Under the pieces are notes generated by a model. That model searched no databases and was not told where the DNA came from. It worked only from the letters and a program-made list of their open reading frames with translations. Both the position numbers and the translations under genes were made by a program. DNA of 64,000 nt from Macrostomum lignano (lineage: Eukaryota), in assembly GCA_002269645.1 (NCBI GenBank), contig NIVC01003162.1, forward strand, positions 1 through 64,000, in the 5' to 3' direction. Positions 8,286 to 28,885 of this stretch are shown here, piece after piece. The stretch's first letter is position 1, and the number at the start of each line of letters is the position of its first letter.

Positions 8286-11200
8286 GCTGACAGCTCCGGC
8301 GACGCGCCGCAGTCAGCCAGCTGGTCATTCGACGAAGTCAAGGAGGTGCACCTTCGCCGCTACGAGCTCCGCGACAACGCCCTCGAGATTTTTCTGGCCA
8401 ACGGTGCCGCCTACCTGCTGGCGTTTCAGTCGCCTCGCGATCGCGACGAAGTGGCCCGCGTGGTGGACGGCCTGGAGTTGGACAGCCGCGTCCGCCAGCT
8501 CACAGTTGACGAGGCCCAGCGCCAGTGGGTCACCGGCCAGATGAGCAACTTCGAGTACTTGGCCTTCCTCAACACGGCCTCTGGCAGGTCCTACAACGAC
8601 CTCATGCAGTACCCCGTGTTCCCCTGGGTCCTGGCCGACTACGACTCCGTCGAGCTGGACCTGACCCAGCCGGCCACCTTCCGCGACCTCGCTAGGCCGA
8701 TCGGCACCCAGGACGACTCGGCCGTGGCCCGGCACCGGGACAAATACGAAGTGCTGGACAGGCAGTACAGGGAGCTCGGACCGGACCACGCCACGCCGCC
8801 CTATCACTATTCGAGTCACTATTCGAACTCGGGCACCGTGCTGCACTACTTGGTCCGCCTGCCGCCCTACACCCAGCTGTTCACCGTGTACCAGGACCGG
8901 CACTTCGACCTGCCCGATCGGACTTTTCACTCCATCCGAACCAGCTGGCGCTTGAGCTCGAAGCTGTCGGACTCGGACGTCAAGGAGCTCATTCCGGAGT
9001 TCTTCTGCCTGCCGGAGTTTTTTATCAACAGCGAGGAGCTCGACTTCGGCGTCAAGCAGTCCGGAGTTCGAGTTGACAATGTCGAACTGCCGCCCTGGGC
9101 CGCCGATGATCCGCGCCGGTTCGTCCTCATTCACCGGGCCGCCCTGGAGTCGCCGCTCGTCACTGAGAAACTGCACAAGTGGATTGACCTCATCTTCGGG
9201 TACAAGCAGACAGGTAATGTTCGGCTTGCTTGCTATGGGATTGAGGATCTGGGGGGATTATGGACTTAGGTGGAGATTGGGGATCTGGGTGGAGATTGGG
9301 GATCTGGGTGGAGATTGGGGATCTGGGTAGAGATTGGGGATCTGGGTGGAGATTGGGGATCTGGGTTGAGATTGGGGATCTGGGTTTAGATTGGGATCTG
9401 GGTTGAGATTAGGGACTTGGGTTGAGATTGGGGATCTGGGTTGAGATTGGGGATCTGGGTTGAGATTGGGGATCTGGGTTGAGATTGGGGTTCTGGGTTG
9501 AGATTGGGGATCTGGGTTTAGATTGAGGATCTGGGTTGAGATTAGGGATCTGGGTTTAGATTGAGGATCTGGGTTGAGATTGGGGATCTGGGTTTAGATT
9601 GGGGATCTGGGTTTAGATTGGGGATCTGGGTTGAGATTGGGGATCTGGGTTGAGATTGGGGATCTGGGTTTAGATTGGGGATCTGGGTTGAGATTGAGGA
9701 TCTGGAGAAGAGATTGAGGATCTGGATATGATATTGAGGATCTGGGGATGACATTGAGGATCTGGAGAAGAGATTGAGGATCTGGAGAAGAGATTGAGGA
9801 TCTGGGGATGAGATTGAGGATCTGGGGATGAGATTGAGGATCTGGGGGTGAGATTAGGGATATGGGGATGAGATTAGGGATCTGAGGATGAGAATAGGGA
9901 TCTGGGTTGAGATCGAGGATCTGAAGGTGAGATTGAGGATCTGGGTGAGATTGAGGATCTGTGGGTTAGATTGAGGATCTTGGGGTGAGATTGAGGATCT
10001 TGGGGTGAGATTGAGGATCTGGGGGTGAGACTGAGGATCTAGGGGCGAGATTAGGCATCTGGGGGGAGATTGAGGATCTGGGGGTGAGATTATCCGATAG
10101 CTAAATCTGCCTAAAAACTTTGTCGTCTCCTCTTAAACGCGCAGGCAAGGCGGCGCTCAGCTCGGTGAACCTGTTCCACCCGTACACCTACTTCGGCGCC
10201 ATCGACCTGGACCAGATCGACGACCCGGTGCGGCGCCGCGCCATCGAGACGATGATCAAGACGTACGGCCAGACGCCTAAGCAGCTGTTCCGATCGCCGC
10301 ACCAGCCGCCTGTGGCAGCGGCGCCTCGCTCTGGCCGGGTGCCCGGGGCTTTCGGCGTTCGATTTGGAAATTATTGCGGCTCGCCAGACTGCCAGGCCCC
10401 GCCCCAGGTGCGCTGCCGGGATGGGGCCAGCTGGGGCCGGCCTGTGTGGTGCTTCTGCCACTACAGGATCCGTGATATTATACTGGATCACCTTCCCAGA
10501 TCCTCAGTTGCTGGGCCAGCTATCAACCTCCCAGATCCTCAGTTTCTGGGCCAGCCTCCCAGATCCTCAGTTTCTGGGCCAATCTCCCAGATCCCTAGTT
10601 CCCTAGTTTCCGGGCCAGCCTCCCAGATCCCCAGTTTCTGGGCCAGCTTCCCAGATCCTCAGTTTCTGGGCCAGCCTCCCAGATCCTCAGTTTCTAGGCC
10701 AGCCTCCCGGATCCTCAGTTTCTGGGCCAGCCTCCCGGATCCTCAGTTTCTAGGCCAGCCTCCCGGATCCTCAGTTTCTGGGCCAGCCTCCCGGATCCTC
10801 AGTTTCTGGGCCAGCTTCCCAGATCCTCAGTTGCTGGGCCAGCCTCCCAGATCCTCAGTTTCTGGGCCAGCTTCCCAGATCCTCAGTTGCTGGGCCAGCC
10901 TCCCAGATCCTCAGTTGCTTGGCCAGCCGTCAACCTACCAGATCCTCAGTTTCTGGGCCAGCCTCCCAGATCCTCAGTTTCTGGGCCAGCCTCCCGGATT
11001 CTCAGTTTCTGGGCCAGCTTCTCAGATCCTCAGTTTCTGGGCCAGCCTCCCAGATCCTCAGTTTCTGGGCCAGCCTCCCAGATCCTCAGTTTCTGGGCCA
11101 GCCTCCCAGATCCTCAGTTTCTTGGCCACTGCCAGCCTCTCAGATGCTTAATCCCCTCTCTTCCGCTGGACCACAGGTTGCCTGGTGCGAGCAGCTGGCG

Positions 11201-13046
11201 GCCCCGGTGGCCCAGCTGGTGTTGAAACCGTCGCCTGTCGGTCCGAGCGCTCCGGAGGTGCTCGGCCTGTGCCCCGGCACCTGCGCCCTGGCCGGCGGCC
11301 AGCTGCTGGTCGGCGCCGCTGACAATGTTTTCCGCTGGCGCCCGGCGCCAACCTCGGCAAGCGCCAGCGCCGGCGCTGGACAAGCGCTGGGCGCGCCTCC
11401 GCCGGACTGGCTGGGCGACCGGGTCACCGCGGCCGCTGCCTGCGGATGGCGCGTCTTCTGCGGCCTCCGCTCCGGCCTGCTGCGCGTGTTCTCCGTAGCC
11501 GCCTCGTCCACCGGCTCCGCCGCGCCCGCCTCGTCCTCCGCGTCCGGGGCCCGCGGCCGGGCCGGCGGCCGGATCGACTGGCTCGGCGAGGCGCCCGTGC
11601 CGCTGCTCGGCCACCGGTCGGCGGTCACCGCGGCGCACGCCTGCCCGGAGTTTGCGCTGCTCGCCACTGGCGACGCCGCCGGCCGCGTGCTGCTGTGGGA
11701 CACTAACCAGGTGGCCTACGTGCGCTGCCTGCGACCTTCTGGTCCGCCCGTGGCCGCGCTGACCGCGTCGCCGACTCTGGCAGATGTGGCCGTGCTCGGA
11801 CAGGTAAGGCTGAAGATCAAATAGGAGTCAGACTCAGTTAGGTTCAAGTTCATGTAGGCTGGTTAGAGTCAATGTCGGGTAGGTTCAAGGCTGGGTTGGG
11901 TCAAGGTCGGGTCGAGCCAAGATCGGGTAGGGTTAAGGTCGGGTAGGGTCAAGGTCTTGTAGGGTCAAGGTCGGGTAGGGTCAAGGTCTTGTAGGGTCAA
12001 GGTCTTGTAGGGTCAAGGTCGGGTAGGGTCAAGGTCGGGTAGGGTCAAGGTTGGGTAGGGTCAAGGTCTTGTAGGGTCAAGGTCGGGTAGGGTCAAGGTC
12101 TTGTAGGGTCAAGGTCTTGTAGGGTCAAGGTCGGGTAGGGTCAAGGTTTGGTAGGGTCAAGGTCGGGTAGGGTCAAGGTCTTGTAGGGTCAAGGTCTTGT
12201 AGGGTCAAGGTCGGGTAGGGTCAAGGTCGGGTAGGGTCAAGGTCGGGTAGGGTCAAGGTTTGGTAGGGTCAAGGTCGGGTAGGGTCAAGGTCGGGTAGGG
12301 TCAAGGTCTTGTAGGGTCAAGGTCCGGTAGGGTCAAGGCCGGATAGGGTCAAGGTCGGGTAGGGTCAAGGTCGGGTAGGGTCAAGGTCGGGTAGGGTCAA
12401 GGTCTTGTAGGGTCAAGGTCGGGTAGGGTCAAGGTCGGGTAGGGTCAAGGTCCGGTAGGGTCAAGGTCGGGTAGGGTCAAAGTCCGGTAGCGTCAAGGTC
12501 GGGTAGGGTCAAGGTCCGGTAGGGTCAAGGTCGGGTAGGGTCGAGGTCGGGTAGGGTCGGGTGAGCTGCTTTAATATTTATTACCCAATTAATTCCGTGC
12601 TCCACGGGCCGCAGGGCCAGGGCAGCCAGCTCACGGTGTACACCGCCAACGGAGCCCTAGTCGGTTCAGTCAGCAGCGGCGGCGGAGGTGGCGGCGGCGA
12701 CCGGATCACCTGCGCCGTGTACAGCTCCCTGCCTGAGGGCCGCTTCATCAACTGTCTGGCAGTGGGCCTGAGCTCCGGCTGCGTCCGCCTGCTCAACAGC
12801 TGGGACCTGGGCGACCTGGCCTTCATCCGGCCCGGCTTAGCCTCGCCGGCGCCGCTCCTGGCGCTCGCCTTCTCGCGCGACTGTCGCCGTTTGTACGCGT
12901 CGGATCGGGACAATCGGGTCTTTGTGCTGGAGGCGCCGGTCGACCCCTACCTCAGCGGCGGAGGCGGCTCCGGAGGCGGCGGCGGCGGCGGAGGCGGCGG
13001 CATGGGTCAGAAAACTTCCAAGCAGCAGTTCGCCGCCTTCCTGTGA
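8286..13046 (+). CDS. LYST: LYST (lysosomal trafficking regulator) 3' part: PH-BEACH-WD40; exons 8286-9213, 10145-10407, 11177-11803, 12615-13046; 5' exons not in the window
   Basis: BEACH motifs (GRSYNDLMQYPVFPW, SHYSNSGTVLHYLVR, DVKELIPEFF, WIDLIFGYKQ). LYST-specific ETMIKTYGQTPKQLF, LPEGRFINCLAVG and LLNSWDL. All introns GT-AG with matching phases (1,0,0). Confidence 0.92.
9256..10090. repeat. Intronic minisatellite, ~19-bp unit (GAGATTGGGGATCTGGGTT)
   Basis: Direct reading; lies in a LYST intron. Confidence 0.95.
10490..11140. repeat. Intronic minisatellite, ~28-bp unit (CCCAGATCCTCAGTTTCTGGGCCAGCCT)
   Basis: Direct reading; lies in a LYST intron. Confidence 0.95.
11890..12560. repeat. 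Intronic minisatellite, 16-bp unit (AGGGTCAAGGTCGGGT)
   Basis: Direct reading; lies in the last LYST intron. Confidence 0.95.
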
Positions 13047-13971
13047 CCGCGGACGCGTGAAGTCGGGGTGTCAGGCGTTCAGCCGTGACCAGAATGGCTA
13101 AAGAGTCATTGCAAACAGCTCACTAGTGACTCTGAATAACTTTTTAGCGATTGCAAAGCGACTGAGAGGCGACTGTTGAGTCGAGAGCGCATCAAATTCG
13201 TCCAAGAGTCGCTTTGCTAGCGCTCAACCTTCTACTAACTGAAGTAGACTAAATAGAGTTGTTAGAAATGCGAAATCCAGCGACTCCAGCACGCCTCAGA
13301 GACCAATCTGCGGCCCCAGAGTCGCAGACAATGAAACGCCTGAAATTGACTCTATAAGGTCATAGGTATAAATTTAATTAGGTCATGCTAAAGTGCATTG
13401 AATCTGGTCAATAATCTGCATGCTACTGATATAATTTCTCCTACAAAAAGCATAATAACGTACGAGCTATATATTACTTAGACATAGTAGTATCCAATGC
13501 AAATTAAAGCAGTTTTGTGTTGTATTTGGTTCTCAGTGCCCCGTTGCTATGTATTTGTGCCGTCATTCCCTGTGTACATAAGCCAACTTTCCATGATTGC
13601 AAAGATTAGCCTAATCCTGCTAGTTGCTATGGCAATGCACTGACGCCTTATTGGTAAATGTTTTTTTGCTTATTTGGATCGAATATTTTGTTATTTTTTA
13701 TTTCCAAACTATTCTTTTTATTTTTTACTGCATTACCGTTTTTCGTATCAATCGATCAATCAAATTGCACTGTAATGAGCAGCTCCTCAATACCGGACAT
13801 TATTTTGTATTGCAGTTTTCCTAAAACTTCACTTGATTCACAGCAACGCGTCAAATACAGAGAGACTGCACTCCTTGATTCTGTAATGCCGTTGTACTAT
13901 CGCAGTTTTATAATTGAACCTCTGACTGAATCTTTGAGTTGCATTTCTGACTGAAATCACATTTGGGGCTT

Positions 13972-14762
13972 CAGTGGAGGTCAGTAACTAAACAGCTGAC
14001 AAGATTGAGGTCAGTAACCAAACAGCTGACCAGATTGAGGTCAGTAACTAAACAGCTGACCAGATTGAGGTCAGTAACTAAACAGCTGACCAGATTGAGG
14101 TCAGTAACTAAACAGCTGACCAGATAATTAAAGTCAGTACCTAAACAGCTGATCAGATTGAGGTCAGTAACCAAACAGCTGACAAGATTGAGGTCAGTAA
14201 CTAAACAGCTGACCAGATTGAGGTCAGTAACTAAACAGCTGACCAGATAATTAAAGTCAGTACCTAAACAGCTGATCAGATTGAGGTCAGTAACCAAACA
14301 GCTGACCAGATTGAGGTCAGTAACTAAACAGCTGACCAGATTGAGGTCAGTAACTAAACAGCTGACCAGATTGAGGTCAGTAACTAAACAGCTGACCAGA
14401 TTAAGGTCAGTAACTAAACAGCTGACCAGATTGAGGTCAGTAACTAAACAGCTGACCAGATATTTAAAGTCAGTATCTAAACAGCTGACCAGATTGAGTT
14501 CAGTACCTAAACAGCTGACCAGATTGAGGTCAGTAACTAAACAGCTGACCAGATGATTAAAGTCAGTAACTAAACAGCTGACCAGATGATCAAAGTCAGT
14601 ATCTAAACAGCTGACCAAATTGAGTTCAGTAACTAAACAGCTGACCAGATTGAGTTCACAGCTGATCAGATGATCAAAGTCTGTAACTAAACAGCTGACC
14701 AAATTGAGTTCAGTAACTAAACAGCTGACCAGATTGAGTTCACAGCTGACCAGATTGAGTTC
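13972..14762. repeat. Minisatellite, 30-bp unit (AACAGCTGACCAGATTGAGGTCAGTAACTA) between the convergent LYST and ADAM 3' ends
   Basis: Direct reading. Confidence 0.95.
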
Positions 14763-14924
14763 AAGAGCTTAGCAATTGTATATTTAGACGATCCTAACTG
14801 ACTAAATTCCAGTATAAGTGCAGTGCATTTGCACTCGAGAAGGCATTAAGCTAAATCTATGTTTCCTATTTCTGCTAAGTATGTTAGCTGTGCTGATGAA
14901 TCGAATTCAGTCCTAAATCTGTCA

Positions 14925-23436
<8,512 letters not shown>

Positions 23437-24804
23437 AACTTCTGCAGAGAAAACACGCCCTAAGCAGGAAGCTCAGAAAAGCAAACACTGTTATTGAGAG
23501 AGCTGCATCAGTAGCTTTCTACTGTTTACGGGTCTTTTGTGTCCGACCGTGCGCACACCGACCATCTGTGCACTCTTGGCCCCGCAGCTGCCTTCTCGAT
23601 GTCTATTCATTTTTTTGTTCAAGTGAGCGTGCTTGTGAGCTTTAGCCTGTGGAACGCAGAATACAGAGGTTTGTGTGTTTATTTTATTTTTTTAGCGCTT
23701 GCCCGGCCATAACCCACTTGCAGAAATTCTTACTGGTGCAACGCATGACTGCACGAGCTTCATTTACAGTAGTTAGGGCACACTCTAAGTGCTCTACTTG
23801 TAGATTTAAAGCAAAATTATTAATTGCCTCGTAGGCACCCTGCTTTCTGGCTAAAAAGGCTAAATTACAAGCTTAGTTGATTAGGCTTTTAGTTAGATTA
23901 AATGTTGACTCATCTCACGTGGGTTTAATATGTTAACCCATATATGTAAACAAACTTGCACTTAAAATTAAGGAATTCTGTTCAGTTATAAACTATCAAT
24001 ATCAAATGACTCGCCTACCGAAGTATGACATTTAAAGGACGCTTCTGGTAAGCTTGACGAGAGCGAAAACGTATCCTTACATACACTAAACTAGAAGCGA
24101 AATAGCGAAATGTTTTTGCAGGAACTCACCTTTTTGGCACGACTAATTGCAAAGTAGGCAAAAATTGTAGCCAGAACTGGCACAGCTACTTAGAGTAAGA
24201 GTAATATGAGAGAAATATCCTACCTATTTTTTCATATTTTACCCTCCTCACTCTGCTACCTCTATAGAACTCAACTAGCAATCTGCAACAAAGATAGAAA
24301 AGATTTTTTAAAAACTGTATGCAATGTGCATTTAACCCATTGTACGAGTGCAGTCACTATTGTAAACTTTTTTTACAGAAAATGATGTTTAAAGCGAAAA
24401 AGCAACCACCCTGAAAGCCAGCTATCTATAGTCTTATGATATCAGCATCCCCGATGAGCCTTGACATCTCAACAATTTCCCACATGAGTCTTTTATGGCT
24501 GACAGTACAATCAACCATGAAACCAGACCTAGCCAGCTGCATCCATCAGTCTCGCATGCAATAGCGGTTTTGAAGCCAATTAAAAGCAAAATGCGGATTC
24601 CACGCCTTCCGAATCATCAAGCAACCTAAATTTAGCTTTCTTCCATTCCACTTGTAAGCAGCCTCCCTAAGACTCCAAAAAAGTCTTCATCTACTTGCTG
24701 GTGTACAAAGAATTCATTATTTTTAAGACACCGACTCCAGATTTCCAGATATGGCCATGTTCAACTAATCCTAATCCTGTCGCATTTAAACTGAAGACTT
24801 TCAG

Positions 24805-25410
24805 GAACTCACAAAACTTCTTATTGCGAGCACTCACGAGAGATCTGCGCCTATGGCGGCTTCCGATACTTTGGAGTGCAGCATTACAGAGCCTGCCACA
24901 GCGACTCCAGCTACGGCTCCTGGGGTCCGGCGCCAGAGTCCGAGTGCAACCAGCACTGCCTTGGGAATCCAGCGCAGGTGTGCGGCGGCGGTTGGCGAAA
25001 CTCCATCTACGAGAATGCATACTCGATGGGTGAGTGCAGTGGGAACTGCTACAATTAGTTTCTTCTGCCCGATTTTGAATTTCTACATCTGGAGTTATTT
25101 GATGGTGCAAAATAGTGTCACAGCTGTCAAGGGATTTCAATTTCACCTGCTCCGCTTTCAAGATCTTAGAAATGTTCAATTTCGCAAGTTCGCCGCCTCT
25201 GCCGCTCCAAAGCTGGTCACCACTGCCGGATTCGCCGGCTCCCTGGGCTGGGACGTCAGGATGCAGAGCCTATCTGACTGCGCCGTCTTCTGCATCCAGT
25301 CTGCCAGCTGCTCCTCCTTTCGCTTCAACAGCAGCAGCGGCCTCTGCCGCCTCAGCAGGTTCGCCACCGCCTTCGACAACGAGACTGGCGATGTGTGGAT
25401 CATCGGCTGA
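24805..25410 (+). CDS. WSC-domain plus PAN/apple-like domain protein, partial; exons 24805-25029 and 25163-25410; 5' exon(s) not located
   Basis: WSC pattern ICAYGGFRYFGVQHYRAC..ECNQHCLGNPAQVCGGGWRNSIY; PAN pattern SLSDCAVFCIQSASCSSFRFNSSSGLCRL. Phase-1 junction consistent only with the AAG acceptor at 25162. Confidence 0.75.
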   Translation, partial: ELTKLLIASTHERSAPMAASDTLECSITEPATATPATAPGVRRQSPSATSTALGIQRRCAAAVGETPSTRMHTRWVSAVGTATISFFCPILNFYIWSYLMVQNSVTAVKGFQFHLLRFQDLRNVQFRKFAASAAPKLVTTAGFAGSLGWDVRMQSLSDCAVFCIQSASCSSFRFNSSSGLCRLSRFATAFDNETGDVWIIG

Positions 25411-25919
25411 CGCTACACTGAATCTGGGGCAGGTTGCCCAGAGTATCGATTTATAAGAAGATTTATACAAACTGTAAGGAAAATGTTTGTTCCGCTGAAC
25501 AATTCTGATCTTGTCGAAATTGGTTCAGTTTTTGACAAGGTCTAAATCAGATTTACTGAAACAAATTTTCGGAGTTTAACTTACGTTATTATCATTAAGG
25601 ACGCTTAACAGGTCTGGAAAGTAGTATAGTTTAAGAAATTCTGCGTTTTTCTTGAAGCAGCCACAAAGGCAGAATTCATTGCCACTTAGGAAATAAACAA
25701 AAAATAGTGGACTATATAGATTAGTAGCGCTTTTCGTTTTTTTACTTAAAGATAACATAACGATAATTCAAACACATCGATGCTACGAGCTAATGGTTCA
25801 TACGTTATCTGATGCCCTGTTTCAGATCCCAAAGATGATTAAAGTGTAATGTATAAAAATATCTATTTTACACAAATGGTAATTGAAGAGGGCTTGTACT
25901 ACTACAGCTCCGACCTACG

Positions 25920-27246
25920 CTCGGTAGTTAGTTTCCACAACCTAGAACCCAACGGAGCTGATTCGACTGAAAACTGCTCGGTAGTTAGTTTCCACAACCT
26001 AGAATCCAACGGAGCTAATTCGACTGAAAACTACTCGGTAGTTAGTTTCCACAACCTAGAATCCAACGGAGCTGATTCGACTGAAAACTGCTCGGTAGTT
26101 AGTTTCCACAACCTAGAACCCAACGGAGCTGATTCGACTGAAAACTGCTCGGTAGTTAGTTTCCACAACCTAGAACCCAACGGAGCTGATTCGACTGAAA
26201 ACTGCTCGGTAGTTAGTTTCCACAACCTAGAATCCAACGGAGCTAATTCGACTGAAAACTGCTCGGTAGTTAGTTTCCACAACCTAGAACCCAACGGAGC
26301 TAATTCGACTGAAAACTGCTCGGTAGTTAGTTTCCACAACCTAGAATCCAACGGAGCTGATTCGACTGAAAACTGCTCGGTAGTTAGTTTCCACAACCTA
26401 GAACCCAACGGAGCTAATTCGACTGAAAACTACTCGGTAGTTAGTTTCCACAACCTAGAACCCAACGGAGCTGATTCGACTGAAAACTGCTCGGTAGTTA
26501 GTTTCCACAACCTAGAATCCAACGGAGCTGATTCGACTGAAAACTGCTCGGTAGTTAGTTTCCACAACCTAGAACCCAACGGAGCTAATTCGACTGAAAA
26601 CTACTCGGTAGTTAGTTTCCACAACCTAGAACCCAACGGAGCTGATTCGACTGAAAACTGCTCGGTAGTTAGTTTCCACAACCTAGAACCCAACGGAGCT
26701 GATTCGACTGAAAACTGCTCGGTAGTTAGTTTCCACAACCTAGAATCCAACGGAGCTGATTCGACTGAAAACTGCTCGGTAGTTAGTTTCCACAACCTAG
26801 AACCCAACGGAGCTAATTCGACTGAAAACTACTCGGTAGTTAGTTTCCACAACCTAGAACCCAACGGAGCTGATTCGACTGAAAACTGCTCGGTAGTTAG
26901 TTTCCACAACCTAGAATCCAACGGAGCTGATTCGACTGAAAACTACTCGGTAGTTAGTTTCCACAACCTAGAACCCAACGGAGCTGATTCGACTGAAAAC
27001 TGCTCGGTAGTTAGTTTCCACAACCTAGAACCCAACGGAGCTAATTCGACTGAAAACTACTCGGTAGTTAGTTTCCACAACCTAGAACCCAACGGAGCTG
27101 ATTCGACTGAAAACTGCTCGGTAGTTAGTTTCCACAACCTAGAATCCAACGGAGCTAATTCGACTGAAAACTGCTCGGTAGTTAGTTTCCACAACCTAGA
27201 ATCCAACGGAGCTAATTCGACTGAAAACTGCTCGGTAGTTAGTTTT
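25920..27246. repeat. Highly homogeneous 57-bp minisatellite, ~23 units
   Basis: CTCGGTAGTTAGTTTCCACAACCTAGAA(C/T)CCAACGGAGCT(G/A)ATTCGACTGAAAACT(G/A); only three variable sites. Confidence 0.97.
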
Positions 27247-28160
27247 CCAAGAACCACTAGAAGTCACTGTTGTAACGGTACAACACAACGATACAACGGT
27301 TACTTCTAGCGGTCCTTGTGCTTTACTTTCAAGGGTCAGCAATGCAATGCGTTAATAAGCGTCGGGTTCACCAATTGTCATAATCGGAGGAGGGATCTGT
27401 TGAATCGACAGGGAGAGTGGAATGCCTGTCTTCTTGCAGAGCCTAATAGCCCTCTATCAGCGAGCCTGTATCAGCTCTGACATTGTTTAACTGAAGTCAC
27501 AGTGACTAATGGCTTCATCATCTCGTAGACTCTGTTAATGTTCAGTTTATTGACACACACAGCTTCTGCCTAACACCCCACACATTTTTCATCAGCTTTA
27601 AAGAGACTGAGAAACGTCCAAAAAGTGCTTGGAAAGCAAATGAAAAATGACTGAAGTTGGCTTAAGTAACTGTTGAGTCGTCAGCAGTATTTATAAGTTA
27701 TCAGATCATTTGCTTTTAGTGCCCCGGCACTTTTGTCGTTTCCCAGTCAATTCTAGATGCTTTTTGTCTCGGAGAAGCATTCAAGAAGACAAAATAGTGC
27801 CTTGTTTAATTAAAACAGGGATGTTTAGTGATTGGAATAGCAATTTTAACAAAATTCTATTCAAAATAAAGAAGTTTCACTTTTGTTGTAGTGATAGAAG
27901 TATTATTTGTGCTGTGGTTATCTATGTGGATGAGAAAGCAGATTTGGTTAAAAGAAACTGGTCATCCAGCCCTTGAAATATTTCCAAAAAGTCAACTCTT
28001 GATTTTTGGGACTGGGAATTGGCTCTTGAACTCTTGATTAAAGGAGTTATTCTCAATGCTGTCAAATTCATTCCTTCCTGACTAACAGATTTCACTCGCA
28101 GTATCATAGCACGCAGACTTCTAGATTTTGCACTCCTAAAATCTTCAAAAGCCTGAGTCA

Positions 28161-28428
28161 CGCTTCGGTCTCAAGTGTTAGGAGACTCTCTTGACTCTCG
28201 ACTCCTGATCCTAGCTTCATAGCACGCACTTCGGTCTCAAGTGTTAGGAGACTCTCTTGACTCTCGACTCCTGATCCTACTGGTAGCTTCATAGCACGCA
28301 CTTCGGTCTCAAGTGTTAGGAGACTCTCTTGACTCTCGACTCCTGATCCTAGCCTCATAGCACGCACTTCGGTCTCAAGTGTTCGGAGACTCTCTTGACT
28401 CTCGACTCCTAATCCTAGCTTCATAGCA
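28161..28428. repeat. ~66-bp tandem repeat, ~4 units
   Basis: TAGCTTCATAGCACGCACTTCGGTCTCAAGTGTTAGGAGACTCTCTTGACTCTCGACTCCTGATCC repeated. Confidence 0.9.
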
Positions 28429-28885
28429 CCGCGGGCTTCTGCCACGGACACAAAAGCATGCACAGACAACAAAGATACTCAATGTCAAACATGTCAATGT
28501 CATCCTGCATACAAACACTCCGGTTAGCGCTCAGTTTTTATCTGCATCGCTGCTGAATTCAATAATTCTCCCCCCAGGACTATAGTAATCTATTTCAATT
28601 TTCAAAGCTCTAAACTGATGGTAGGAAGAGCCGATTCTCATGTACAGTACAGACCAGGGATGCGTACTCTGTCATGATGGGAGAACAATGCGAACAATTC
28701 CTTTCCTGAGATGGAAAGGAAAGAGAGATAGACGTGGCATCCACAGCCCAGCCTGGGACTAGTGCTTCTACTGGTATATATTATTCTGAATAGGAAGGCT
28801 CCGGTTCTCACTCTGGCACGTGTGGAACAAGTGTGCTTCATCAACCGGTTCCGATCCAGTCTCAGATTTTGTCCCAGCCGCCTCG

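Noticed and set aside
25920-27246. CRISPR-like appearance of this and other regular arrays
   Set aside because: Units are contiguous with no unique spacers, there are no cas genes, and the context is eukaryotic.
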